A stretch of DNA of 64,000 nt, from assembly GCA_963707985.1 (NCBI GenBank), contig CAVPRW010000016.1, forward strand, positions 1-64,000, written 5' to 3'. This DNA comes from an uncultured Nitrospinota bacterium. GTDB lineage: Bacteria > Tectomicrobia > Entotheonellia > J063 > CAVPRW01. Shown piece by piece: positions 21,137 through 32,482 of this stretch (the stretch's first letter is position 1; each line of letters starts with the position of its first letter). The position numbers and the translations under genes are program-made. The notes below the pieces were generated by a model. That model was not told the DNA's origin and ran no database searches. It saw nothing but the letters and a program-made list of their open reading frames with translations.

Positions 21137-21455
21137 TCATCGACGGCTGGAGACGTGGAGAATCTGATTGACTGGAGGCTTCGGTATGATTTCGATAGAG
21201 ACGGTCTCCTGCCAGGCTGACTCAAGATCCTTCAAGCCGCTCAACTGGACACCGCGAGGCCCCAGCGGCGTCATGTGCACTAACACCGAGAAGTCCATCA
21301 GGGTCAGGCCCACGGCACGCTTCTCGGCCAGATTGAGGCGCAGCAAGATAGTGTCGTGCAGTTCTACCGCCGCGGTCGGTTTCTCTCCCTGGTGCGAAAG
21401 AAATGTATACGACATCGTCCTCTCTGTCGTAGGCATACGTCGGCATGGGGGCCAT
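21137..21455 (-). pseudogene. DUF2283-like protein, frameshifted
   Basis: YAYDREDDVVYISFAPG / AVELHDTILLRL...AVGLTLMDFS. Confidence 0.65.
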
Positions 21456-21505
21456 GCTGAGCCACCTCAAGAAGCTTCTACTCGATGCCACCTGACGGAT
21501 GGCCT

Positions 21506-21905
21506 TCAAGGAATATCGGCGGGCTGATCGACCCGGAGGTCTCCCACCCTTTCCAGATCTGCATCATACGTTGCGACGGCTGTCAACCCGAGCCAGCGCA
21601 TCAGGGCAACTGTGATCGAATCGTTGCTCAGCAAGCCTTCTTGCACACGGACGACTTCGCTAGCTCTTACAAGGGCCGACGTGATCGCCCTAGCGGATTC
21701 ACGGGCGTGGAACTTGTTGAATTGAACCGGCGATACTCGCGAAAGCTCTTGACGATCCTGGATTGCTCCTTCAACTTGCTCGCCAGTTGGCCTCCTGAGA
21801 TCAACCCCGTATGCAAGGCCTCTAGCATCATCAAGCGGCGCGCGACCTCAAGCAACATATGGACGCAGGTGAGGGCCTGCACCTGCCTGGATGCGCTGCG
21901 TTGGA
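21506..21905 (-). pseudogene. PIN domain protein, N terminus missing
   Basis: HMLLEVARRLMMLEA / LLSNDSITVALMRWLGLTAVATYDADLERV. Confidence 0.65.
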
Positions 21906-22088
21906 GGAACGTGAGACATCAGCGGGGACAAGACTGAACGTCTCGCTCACCACACGTAACTTCTCGCGACCTGTATGTCGCTTGCCCCTGTTTGGTGGGA
22001 TAGAGATTTCTACCTCCGTCCCGTTGGGCACGGGGAGCGGTGCCTTCAGGCTGATCACATGCCCGTGGGTGTAGCCTGTATATTCCAT
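21906..22088 (-). pseudogene. Small antitoxin-like protein, truncated
   Basis: MEYTGYTHGHVISLKAPLPVPNGTEVEISI upstream of the PIN fragment. Confidence 0.45.
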
Positions 22089-22105
22089 CGCTGCCTCTCT
22101 TTCCA

Positions 22106-22456
22106 TTACCGCAGCGGCAAGCATTGCACCCGATTCGCAAAGTCCTCAGGCGCACCAGCGTGAGCTAATCGTTCCAAGTCCCCCACACACCGCCCAATGG
22201 TCACCTTGAGTTGATGAGCATAGATAACTCCCGCAAACGACCCACCCTGCTGCTGCCGCTGGGCCGCTTCGCGGAGCAGGTCCTCGTCTTGACTGAACAG
22301 GACGCGACCCAATGCCGTCGCACGATCAAGCAGCAGGGCGTCGGAGAGACGTCTGGCACCGTCCGCCTGTGCCATCAACACGTCCACTCTGCGCAGACGC
22401 AAGCCAACTGTGATCGCATCAGGAACGTGCACGTCCATATACAGCTGTACGCTCAC
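22106..22456 (-). CDS. DUF5615 PIN-like protein
   Basis: LYMDVHVP...GLRLRRVDV...SDALLLDRATALGRVLFSQDEDLL. Confidence 0.85.
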   Translation of the reverse strand: MSVQLYMDVHVPDAITVGLRLRRVDVLMAQADGARRLSDALLLDRATALGRVLFSQDEDLLREAAQRQQQGGSFAGVIYAHQLKVTIGRCVGDLERLAHAGAPEDFANRVQCLPLR

Positions 22457-22764
22457 GGCAACTTGCCCAAGGCGCGCAGCCGCTTCCGCACAGGTGACTC
22501 ACCCGCCTGTGCCATCAGGGCTTCGACCCGCTGGAGCTGCTCCTCTATGGCGGCGTCAAACGCCTACTGATGATCGTAGTAGTATGCGAGGGCCGCGTGA
22601 ATCTGCGACAAAGATAGGTCGGGATGCTGGAAATGAATTTCTTCGGGACTCCAGCCATGCGCGAGTTTGTCCAGGACAACTTCGATGACCTTGACGTTCG
22701 TATCGTCAATCCATGCGACTCCCACCTCATCAAGGTGAATGTGGGCCGTTGGAGTCTGTGACAT
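22453..22764 (-). pseudogene. DUF433 protein with internal TAG
   Basis: AWIDDTNVKVIEV...GWSPEEIHFQHPDLSLSQIHAALAYYYDHQ*AFDAAI; TAG 22564-22566. Confidence 0.8.
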
Positions 22765-22909
22765 TGTCCTTCCTCTTCGCTCGTGCTCGCGATACCGTTG
22801 TTGTGTCGATACGCTGCTGGATCGCCCAAAAGTATACCTTACTAAATCTATCATAACTTTCGCAGCGGTTAATTCCGCCTGCGTGATGACCGCCTCGGCC
22901 TGGGGTAGC

Positions 22910-24340
22910 TCGAAGATCCTTTCCAAGGCGTTGACAACGCGCGGGCGAGGTCGAGGGGGGACTCGAGTTGGCTGATCGGTGCGACGATCGATTTGAGCTT
23001 CACTCGCGCCCTCTTGGCCCCGTACTATTCCAAAGAAGGGGGCCACTGCGACGATCCAGCCAGCTCCTTCTTCCTGGAGCTGGCCTGCCGGCTGGATGGC
23101 TACCCCGACTATGCCGCTGCTGTGCGGATCTGCGCCAGCAGGAGAAGGGCCACCGCTCTCGCGAACTGGCCGGTCTGCACGCGGCCATTCCGGGCGAGGA
23201 CGATCTGAGCGACTTCCGCCGCCGCGTGGGCGCGGAGGCTATCGAAGCCGCCCTGGCCGTCTTGGTCGGCCTCTTCAGGGAATTCGGCCTCATTCACGGA
23301 GAACTGCTCTCCACGGATGGCCAGCTGGAGCCCTCCTACTCCCGGTTCAAGGGCTGTGCCTACTGCTGTCAGGACTGCCAGCAGCTCGCCTTGGATGAAG
23401 CCAGCCGCGACGAACTCGGCCGACAACTGCAGGCCGGGGCCAAACGGCTGGAGATCCGCTGCCCCTTCCCCGAGGTGGTCCAAAAAGTCCTGCAGACGAC
23501 GACCAAAAAGGGCAAGCCCCATGAGCCCACCGCGGCGCTCCTGGAGGTCGAGTATTGACCCGCGGACAGCGCTCAGACGCCCGACTCCCAGCGACTCTCC
23601 GCGTGGCTCTCCCTGCCCCCAGACCAGCTTCCGCCCCTGCGCGTCCGGTGGTCCCATCTCACTCAGGGCCCTCAGGGAGAGCTGTGGGGCCGCTGCCCCA
23701 AGGTCCCCTCCGATCTCGACGCCAAGGTCGGCGACCACAGCGATACCAAGAATCCACCACACACAGAACGCGTGTTCGGCTACCTCCACCAAAAGTCCAC
23801 GAATATCGACATCGAGCTGGGATTGGAGCTGCCCGTGGGCACCTCCACGTCTCCGGCCAATGCTCATGAGGGCCTGCACTTCCAGGCGCATCGTGCCAAA
23901 GTTGCCATGCCGTTCCGGTCCCAGCAGGTCGAGCTGGCCGATGCCGGCGACGACGTGGTCGAGAACGACCGCGGGATCCGGAGCCGGGGAGGCATCCCCA
24001 TGATCGCCTATAATCCCCGCCACGAAGACTGCTCCCCGGAGGCACTCTTGGCGCGCGGCGATGATATGAACGGCACCCCCTAGGCTCCCTGCGGCCGCTT
24101 GTGTCGCTCGAACGGTTACAACTACCAGTGCGACAGCCGTCAGTACATCTGCGGCCTGCAGTGCCCTGCCCAGGAACGGGAGCGGTGTCCGCATGGCGCG
24201 AAGGTCCATGGCTATACGCACACGATGTCCTTCCATGAGCACCCGCGCCTGATTGGCCCCATCCAGCGAGGGACCGAGGCCTGGAAGATCCTCTATGCGG
24301 TGCGCACCGCCAGTGAGCGGACGAACGGTGAGGACCAACT
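22910..24340 (+). mobile_element. Degraded DDE transposase (IS4 superfamily-like) replacing part of a STAND-TPR gene
   Basis: LSDFRRRVG, LLSTDG, LADAG, YAVRTASER with stops and frameshifts; flanked by TPR coding sequence on both sides. Confidence 0.7.
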
Positions 24341-24344
24341 GAAA

Positions 24345-27300
24345 ACAGACCTCGGCGTGAGGCTCCGCAGCACGCGCGAGCAACAACTCGCCCTTGAGCC
24401 GATACAGCTCTGCCTCGTAGCAGCGTTCGTCGTCTGTGTGTGCTCGACCTAGCGCCTCGTCCAGGATGCTCAGCCCCTCGTCCGCTTGTCCCATGTGCCC
24501 ATAGGCCTCGGCCAGCAAGGCCAGAAACCACGGTGACACTGCTAGCCCCGCAGCCTGATAGGCCGCCAAGGCCTGGCGCATCTGGGCCATGCCCTCGGCT
24601 CGCCGGCCTTGTTCGGCCAGCGCCCAGCCCTCTAGTGTTGTTCCCCGCGCCAACATGCCTCGAAACTCGTGCTGGCGAGCGAGGGCAATTAGGGCCTCCG
24701 CTCGCGCTATAGAATCCCCCGCAGCCCTCCCAGTACCCAGAGGAGCTGAGCCGTATCTCCCACCTGCTCACAGAGCGTGCGGGCTCGGGTGTAGGCCTGT
24801 TCTACCTCCGGGGCCGCCTGACCTTTGGCGGCCATTTGCGCCTGACCGAGGGTGATCTGCACGTCCAGCTCCTGGCGGCTGCGCTCAGGGGTGTCGGGGA
24901 GAGTCTGGAGCAGCTCTAGCCCCGTGGTCAACAGGCGGATCGCCTCGCTAGTAGCCGAGCGCTCGTGGGCGCGCCGGCCCGCCCTCTGGAAATAGACGAC
25001 CGCCTGCTCGGGCTGACCACTGTGGCGGTAATGGTGGGCGAGCTCCCCATAGTGGTCCTCCAGTTGCTGCGCGTAGAGTGTCTCAATGGCCTGCGCCGTG
25101 CGTGCATGCGTAACCCGGCGCCGCTCCCGGGGAAGGGACGCATAGGCCACCTCCTGGGTGAGCACATGCTTGAAGACATACTCAAGCTCTGGTCCAGCCG
25201 GTCGCTCGTAGAGAAACTCGGCCGCCTGCAGGTGCGAGAGCCGCTGGCGGAGCGCAGCGTCGGGTTGGTCCACGACCCGCGTGAGGAGAGGTGCCGTGAT
25301 CCTCGTGCCGATGACCGCCAGCGTTTGCAGCAGCGCCTTCTCCTCCGGCACCAGTCGATCGATGCGGGCCGCCAATACCTCCTGCACGGTAGGCGGGATC
25401 TGGACGTCGGTGAGCGGTGTCGTGGGGTGGGGAATCCAATCGGTCATCCCCCCCGCATCAGGCCGTCCCAGCACACTCTGATCCACGAGTGCCTGGACGA
25501 TCTCTGCTAGAAAGAAGGGGTTGCCCTGCCCTTTGGCGAGCACCCGCTCCATCAGCGCGTCTGGGGTGGTATCCGTCGCCAGAACCGCCTGCAGCAGGTG
25601 TCGGCTGTCTTCCGGCGAGAGGGGCGGCAACACCATCTGGGTGACATAGGATTTCTCGATCCAAGGCGGCCGATACCCCGGCCGATAGGTGAGGAGGAGG
25701 CAGATGCGCGTACCCGCCAGCTGCTCGACCAGTAATGCCAAGAAGTCCTGAGAGGTTTGATCGATCCAGTGCAAGTTCTCGATGGCGAGCACCAGTAGGT
25801 GGCGCTGACTGCTGTGGAGAGAGAGCTGCCGAAGGGTGGCGAACGTCCGTGCTTTGATCGTCTCGGGCTGGAGCATCGCCAGTTGGTCCGTCCCCATCGG
25901 CACCCCAAGCAGCCGCAGGAGATACGGCATCCCCTCCTCGGGGTCCATGCCCACCGAATGCAGGGTCAGGCGCACCTTTTCGGTGATCGCCTCGGCGCTG
26001 TCGGTGTCCCCAATCCGACACTGCGCGCGCAGAAGGTCGAGCACGGGCAGAAACGGGAGCGCGCTCCCATAGGCCAGGCAGTGTCCTTCCAGATACCGCA
26101 CGTGCGCCTCTGGAGAGGCCTGTTCCCCAGCCGTCCCGACCTGCTGCCGGAACTCGTACAGCAGGCGGGATTTGCCCACCCCCGGCTCGCCGACGAGCCC
26201 TACTACCTGCCCCTGGCCCCCTTCCACCTGCGCCTAAGAGATCGTGTAGAATGGCTAACTCTCGCTTTCGCCCCACGAACCGACTCAGGGGACGCTGCCC
26301 ATCCATCTCCAACGGGGAACGCTGCGGCCGCAGGCCGACGACGGCAGACGCTCCGCCCGGGTCCGACGGTCGATCCCCCGAGTGCCCCGCCCGCGATTCC
26401 AGCGTAAACCAGCCGCCGACGAGCCGCCCCACCGGCGCCGACACCACGATCCCCCCGGCGCGGCCTGGCCCAACAGCCGCACCGGCAACGCCAGCACCTC
26501 GCCGATAGGGTGCAGGTGGGCCATGGGCTCATGGGTGCCACTCCCCACCAGCGCCTGGCCTAGATGAACCGCAAGCCGGACTACAGGGCGTGACTCTTTT
26601 CCGTCAGGTCGCGTGGCCTGTCCCAGCAATTGCCGCACCGCCAGCGCCGCCTGCACCGCGCGCTGCGGCAACTGCTCCACGGTCTGGGGCAGGCCAAAGG
26701 CGACGAGCAGCAGCGACGGCGAGCGCTGCAGGCACACCCCACCAAAGCCGTGCACCTTCTCCAGAATGATCCGCTCCCAGCGGCGGGCAGCCGTCCACGG
26801 TTCATAGGGCGAGGCATCCCCCCCGCCGATGGCCGGCCAGGTCAGCTCGATCGCCAGCACCGCCACTGGCTTCTGCTCCCAACTCGCGGCCGAAACTCGC
26901 GAGGGCTCCTGGGTCGACTCTAAGGAGAGCGCCTCGGCCCGCAGGGAGCCAGCCCCGTCTTCCACGCCGGGCAATCCCGGATGTGGCGCCACCTGTGGGC
27001 GCGTGATCCCGTAGCGCGACATGCGATGGCGTATCGCGGCACGGCTAAGTCCTAACATCCGAGCGGCCTGGATCACACCACAGGCCGGGTTTGGCACGTT
27101 TGGCATCGGTGAAGGTCCCAGCCTCAAACCCAAACAACTCCGCTTCGAGCAGCGTCTCCGGGATGGCGGCGCAGTTGACTTCCAGAAATGGGCCAGTGGC
27201 GCGGGGACCGCTGTCGTGCAGGATGCGCGCGATGAGTCCCTTGCCGGTGCCGGTGTCGCCGTGGAGCAGGACTGTGGGTGCATGCGGGTTGCCGAGGGTA

Positions 27301-27410
27301 TCGAAGCTGGCTAAGTGACGCAGCTGCAGACGCAGGGCGTGCATGGCCGACGAGTGGCCCAGGAGGCGATCGGTGGGATGGTCGTGGGTGGACGGGCTGG
27401 AGCGTGCCAT
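24345..27410 (-). pseudogene. Second sigma54-AAA+ - HTH - cyclase-like - STAND - TPR regulator, AAA+ domain internally deleted, 3' end disrupted
   Basis: GDTGTGKG...[12 protein letters not shown] joins directly to [10 protein letters not shown] near 27075; GEPGVGKSRL, ENLHWID, GNPFFLAE, YEAELYRLKGELLL. Confidence 0.85.
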
Positions 27411-27524
27411 AGCGCTGGTCCCGACTGGTCGTAACAACCAATATTGGCGGCCAGAGTATAGCCATCCCCTCACCATGCGTCAAAGGAAATCCTTGCCAGC
27501 CCAGGGCTAGACCACGGCTCCGCC

Positions 27525-27539
27525 TGGCATGACGCTTGC
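27525..27539 (+). promoter_or_regulatory. Sigma54 (-24/-12) promoter
   Basis: TGGCATGACGCTTGC, exact GG-N10-GC, same relative position as 17961-17975. Confidence 0.7.
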
Positions 27540-27826
27540 CCATGGGTCAGGAGGACCCCGTGTGAAGGGCTCTCGGAGTAGTGAGCAGTCGCAGGTCGCG
27601 ACAATGGCCAGCCGAAAATCACGGTCGAGGGCATCTACTCCGCGTCCAATGACGGGCCACGGTGCCGACCGGCTCGGCACTGCTCGCCATGGCACCTCTC
27701 ACTTCGTCAGTTCATCGAGAGGGCAGTTGTGGACTCCAGGGGCAGCGAGGGTACGTCGTACTCGGTAAGAGACATCCATTGCCCGCCACGAGCGTCTCTA
27801 GAGGTTACCACCGGAAAGGAGGGTTT

Positions 27827-29122
27827 ATGAACAAGTTTATGCTTGGACTCTGTTGGATCGCTCTGAGCCTTGGCTGGTCTCCTCTCGTGTAGGCGGCTGC
27901 GGTCACGGATTGGAATGCGAATGCCGAGAAGGCCACCATCGCCGCGTGTCTCGATCCCATCAATACAACACGGATGTATGCCATGGTGCACATTGCGATC
28001 CACGATGCGCTGAACACGATCAATCGCCGCTTCCAGCCCTACGTCCTGGACCTTCGAGGACCGTCAGGGGCTTCTGCGGAGGCGGCCGTGGCCACAGCGG
28101 CGCACGACGTGCTGGTGTCGATCCTCAAACAAATATCTGATCCGGAATGCCTCGATGCTGGCGTCGGCAGTGTTGAAGAGGACTATACTGCCGCACTCGA
28201 AGCCATCGCGGACGGGACTCCCAAAATGCAGGGCGTGGTGATCGGGCAGGCTGCGGCCGCGGTCATCCTGGCCTTGAGGGTCGCCGATGGGGCGGACACG
28301 CCATTTGTGGATCCTAACTATCCTCAGGGCACAAAGCCTGGCGAATACCGCTTCACGCCTGGGACGGGGTTCGTCGTCCTGCCGGGATGGCGGCATGTTA
28401 CGCCCTTCGTGCTCGAAGAGAGTTCCCAGTTCCAACCGGGACCTCCCTATAAAGGCACCAGTCCGAAGTACACGGCGGATTTTAACGAGGTCAAACGTCT
28501 TGGCGCCAAGGACAGTAGCACGCGGACGACTGAACAAACGCAGATCGCATACTTTTGGCTGGAGAGTAAGCCGCTGCTGTGGAATCGCATTGCGCGCACG
28601 GTCACCGGAGCATCACGGCTCGATGTCTGGGAGCACGCGCAGCTGTTCGCTCTGTTGAACATGGCGCTGGCCGACGGCTATATCGGTGCGGTGGAGACCA
28701 AGACTCATTACAATTACTGGCGGCCGATCACCGCCATTCAGCTCGCCGCTACCGACGGCAACCCAGACACGATCGCCGACCCGGCGTGGGAGCCGTTGCT
28801 AACGACTCCACCTGGCCCGGAATATGACTCAGCTGACACTACCGAGAGTGGAGCAGCGGCAGAAGTGTTGCTGCATGTGTTTGAGACCGACCATCTAAGC
28901 TTTAGTGTCTGCAGCCTGACTTTACCGCTCCCTGAGGAACGGTGTGGTGGGGCCCATGAGGTGCTGCGGTCGTACTCCAGCTTCTCGCAAGCCGCCGCCG
29001 AAGACGGCGCCTCGCGCATTTATGCGGGATTTCATTTTCGGAAAGCGGTCGAGGAAGGTCTTAATCATGGCCACAAGATCGGCAAACGTGCTGTCCAGCA
29101 TTTCCTGAAGCCTGCGGATTAG
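27827..29122 (+). pseudogene. Secreted vanadium haloperoxidase/PAP2-family protein with in-frame TAG after the signal peptide
   Basis: AGGAGG RBS, MNKFMLGLCWIALSLGWSPLV*AAAVTDWN; KTHYNYWRP, PEYDSAD, SRIYAGFHF. Confidence 0.8.
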
Positions 29123-29145
29123 GGGCACATCGGAGGAAAGGAGGT

Positions 29146-29469
29146 ATGGCGATGAACCCCGACGATCTGACGTTACAGAAATGCCGTGCCCTCCTCCATA
29201 CGCTCTATGGCGCACGGTTGCACGGCATCGTGCTCTATGGCTCGTGTGCCCGAGGCACGGCGGCACCAGAGCGTGATATCGACCTGATGGTACTATTGGA
29301 AGGCCCGGTCGACGTAGCCCAGGAAATTCGGCGGATGTGGGAAGTGCTCTATCCCCTCCAGCTGGAGAGTGATCGTCTCTTCTCGGTGGTGCCCGTGGAT
29401 GTGGCGCTCTACCACCGCGGCGAGTATGCCCTCTAGCGGCAGGCGAAGGCTGAGGGCCTGGCCTTCTGA
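29146..29469 (+). CDS. Minimal nucleotidyltransferase (MNT) antitoxin, possible premature TAG at 29434
   Basis: IVLYGSCARG...RDIDLMV. Confidence 0.8.
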
Positions 29470-29912
29470 AGGCATCGCGACGAGAAATCGTCGAACGGTG
29501 GCAGCGCGCCCAGGAGGCGCTGCGGGCGACGCAGACTCTCCTCGTGGCGGGCTTCCCTGATTTCTCAGCCGCGCGGGCATACTATGCTGCCTTCTCTGCC
29601 GCGTCTACCCTGCTGCTGGCGGAGGGGAAAACGTTTCGAAGTCACCGTGGCGTAGTGGCGCTCATCCACCGAGACTATGTCAGCTCAGGCCGCCTGTCTG
29701 TGGCCATGGGCAGAAGCCTCAGTACGTTATCCGACCTGCGGAGCGTCGGAGATGATGGCGGTGCTGCCCATGTGAGTCACGCCGAGGCCAACAAGGCGCT
29801 GCTCGAGGCGGAACAGTTTATTGACGCCGTACGATCTCTGCTGCCCGCAGAAATCTTCGATGTGGCTGCCGAGCGTGAGGCCAACCCTGATGTGAGAGAA
29901 CAGGAACGATAG
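29470..29912 (+). pseudogene. HEPN toxin, 5' end frameshifted
   Basis: SAARAYYAAF...FRSHRGVVALIHRDYV...DLRSVGD. Confidence 0.75.
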
Positions 29913-29926
29913 TCGCCAGTGGCCGC

Positions 29927-32191
29927 TCATCCACCCCCGCTCACACCGCTCCCGCCTCGTTCCCGCAGCGCCTGCAGCACCTTCTCGGCGGTGATCGGCA
30001 GCGAGGTGATGCGCACCCCAACGGCATCGTGGATAGCGTTGGCGATGGCCGGGGCCATGGCCAGTATCGGCGGTTCACCGATACCGCGCGCGCCAAACGG
30101 CCCCTCTTCATCGGCCTCTTCGACGATGACCGGTTCGATCAACGGCAGGTCGAGGATGGACGGGATCTTGTAGTCAAGGAATCCGGCGTTCAGCGGATCG
30201 CCATTCGGCGAATATTTCACCTCCTCCATCAGCGTGTGGCCGATGGCTTGTGTGACGCCACCCTGGATCTGGCCTTCGACCCCCTGCGGATTGATGGCAC
30301 AGCCCACGTCGTGAGCGGCCACGATCCGGGTCAGCACCACCTGTCCGGTCTCCTCGTCGACTTCCACCTCGACGATCTGCGTGCCAAAGGTATGCAACGA
30401 TTGTGGCGGACGCGATGCAAAGGCACCACGGCCGAGAATCGGTCCAGGGCCGAGAGTTTGCGCATAACGGGCCAGCTCCCCAAGGCCAAAGCCGCGCTCG
30501 GGCGAGCCTCTGACGAAGATACGACTATCGCGGCAGTCGAGGTCCGCGACATTGGCTTCGAGCCGTTCCGCAGCCAATTGCAAGAGCTGGTCGCGGGCAT
30601 CGGTGGCGGCACGCTTGACCGCATTGCCGACGGAGACAGTGACGCGGCTAGCAGCGGTGAGCGTGTCGAATGGCGTGGTCTCGGTGTCGCCACTGACCAG
30701 TGCGACGGCGTCAGCTCCCACCCCTAATACCTCGGCCGCGATCTGCACCATGGCGGTGCTGGAACCGCTGCCGATTTCGCTCATCCCGGCGATCAGGTGC
30801 ACCGTCCCATCCTCGTTGAGCTTGACCCACGCCCCAGACCCTCGCCCGCCGCCCAGCCGCCATTCGCCGCAGGCCAAGCCGCGGCCAACGCGTTTGCCGG
30901 GCTGACGCGGCAGCGGTTTCCTCCAACCGGCGGCTTCGGCGGCACGATCCAGCGCCTGCCGCATCCCAACATGGCGCAGGCGCACACCCGCGCCCGAGGT
31001 CCCACCCTCACGCACGCCGTTGCGATGCCGAAATTCCACCGGGTCGAGGCCGAGGTCGCGGCAGATGATGTCGATCTGGGATTCTCCGGCAAAGTGTGCC
31101 TGGATGCCCCCAGGGCCGCGGAACGACCCGCATCCCATCTTGTTGGTATAGACGCAATAGGCCTCAAACCGCACATGGGGGATGTTGTAGGGTCCACGGA
31201 TGATGGTCGGGGCAATCTCGGTGCTGCGTGGGTGACAGGCAAAGCCGGTATCGAAGTACATCAGGGCCTGCCGAGCCGCCAGCATCCCATCCCGTGTGAC
31301 GCCGGTTTTCAGGTGAATCACCCCCGCCGAGCGTGGTTTGCCCAGGAAAAACTCCTCCTCGCGTGACAGCACGATTTTCACCGCGCGCCCTGTCCGCTGG
31401 GCCAGCAATGCGCAATAGGGCTCCAGCACCGTCTGTAATTTTCCCCCAAAGCCACCGCCGACATGGGGCACGATGACGCGCACCTTATGCAGAGGGATAC
31501 CCAGCAGTGACGCCAGCCGTGAGCGCACGACGTAGGTACCCTGCGTACTGGTCCACAGCGTCAGTTTCCCTCCCGGCTCGATTTGCGCCACGCCGGCCAT
31601 CGGCTCGAGATATCCCTGATGTACGGTAGAGGTCGTGAAGGTATGCTCGAACACACGATCGGCCTGGCGAAAGCCCTCAGTGACGTCGCCCCATGCCACC
31701 ATCGACTGCGCGCAGATGTTGCCGCGGATATGCGCCGGATTGACACCTGCATAGGTGGCCAACTGCTCGTGCAAGATCGGTGCGTCGGGCTTGATCGCGT
31801 CCAGGACATGCGTCACTGCGGGTAGGGGATCATAGACTACACGAATGCGACGCACGGCCTCTTCAGCGGTCTCCAGGTCCACGGCGGCCACCGCCGCGAG
31901 GATCGACCCGCGGTGCAGCACCTTCTCCCGAGCGAACAGGGTCTGGTCTTGAAACTCGCTGCCAAAGCGATATTCCGGTGTATTCCAGGCGCTCAGCACC
32001 GCCTTGACGCCGGGCAGGCGCTCGGCTTCACTGGTATCGACAGAGAGCACGCGGGCATGGGCCTGATCACTTAAACGCAGCTTACCGTGCAAGAGGCCTG
32101 GGAGCTGGATGTCTGCCGCGAATTTGCCGTTGCCGAGCGCTTTTTCGAGGGCATCGATGCGTGTGGTCGGTGTGCCGACGACGAGGCCCAT
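29927..32191 (-). CDS. Xanthine dehydrogenase-family molybdopterin-binding subunit
   Basis: VHQGYLEP, VGGGFGGK, SFRGPG, EIGSG, EGQIQGG, GARGIGEPP; likely ATG 32191 with RBS. Confidence 0.9.
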   Translation of the reverse strand: MGLVVGTPTTRIDALEKALGNGKFAADIQLPGLLHGKLRLSDQAHARVLSVDTSEAERLPGVKAVLSAWNTPEYRFGSEFQDQTLFAREKVLHRGSILAAVAAVDLETAEEAVRRIRVVYDPLPAVTHVLDAIKPDAPILHEQLATYAGVNPAHIRGNICAQSMVAWGDVTEGFRQADRVFEHTFTTSTVHQGYLEPMAGVAQIEPGGKLTLWTSTQGTYVVRSRLASLLGIPLHKVRVIVPHVGGGFGGKLQTVLEPYCALLAQRTGRAVKIVLSREEEFFLGKPRSAGVIHLKTGVTRDGMLAARQALMYFDTGFACHPRSTEIAPTIIRGPYNIPHVRFEAYCVYTNKMGCGSFRGPGGIQAHFAGESQIDIICRDLGLDPVEFRHRNGVREGGTSGAGVRLRHVGMRQALDRAAEAAGWRKPLPRQPGKRVGRGLACGEWRLGGGRGSGAWVKLNEDGTVHLIAGMSEIGSGSSTAMVQIAAEVLGVGADAVALVSGDTETTPFDTLTAASRVTVSVGNAVKRAATDARDQLLQLAAERLEANVADLDCRDSRIFVRGSPERGFGLGELARYAQTLGPGPILGRGAFASRPPQSLHTFGTQIVEVEVDEETGQVVLTRIVAAHDVGCAINPQGVEGQIQGGVTQAIGHTLMEEVKYSPNGDPLNAGFLDYKIPSILDLPLIEPVIVEEADEEGPFGARGIGEPPILAMAPAIANAIHDAVGVRITSLPITAEKVLQALRERGGSGVSGGG

Positions 32192-32482
32192 AGCCACCCA
32201 CTCCTTTCTGTCAGGGGATCGGGCGCGTGCGTTCTCGCCAGAGGGTGCGAAGAGAATGCCGTACTGGAATCGACATGAAATCACCCATAGACCCCGCAGT
32301 GTAGGAAGCGAGGCGCGTCTTGTCAAGGCGTAGTCCTGTGGTCGGGGGCTAATTGGCCCTGTGCTCTCTCTTACGCACATTTTGTGTTGACAACTGAGCC
32401 TATCCGCCCCAATATCCCACACATGCGGTACAGGGTCTGCTGCCCTCTGTGGCTCTGCCACAAGGCACGAGGAGGAGTCAGG

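Noticed and set aside
22564..23046. 160-aa ORF as a single gene
   Set aside because: Chance fusion of transposase antisense, TPR tail and DUF433
23109..24656. 515-aa ORF as a real protein
   Set aside because: Only the first ~105 aa are TPR; the rest is antisense read-through of the transposase remnant
1676..29436. Stop-codon recoding (in-frame TAG/TGA at 1676, 22564, 27890, 29434)
   Set aside because: Stops are confined to decaying accessory genes; core genes use TAG and TGA as normal terminators
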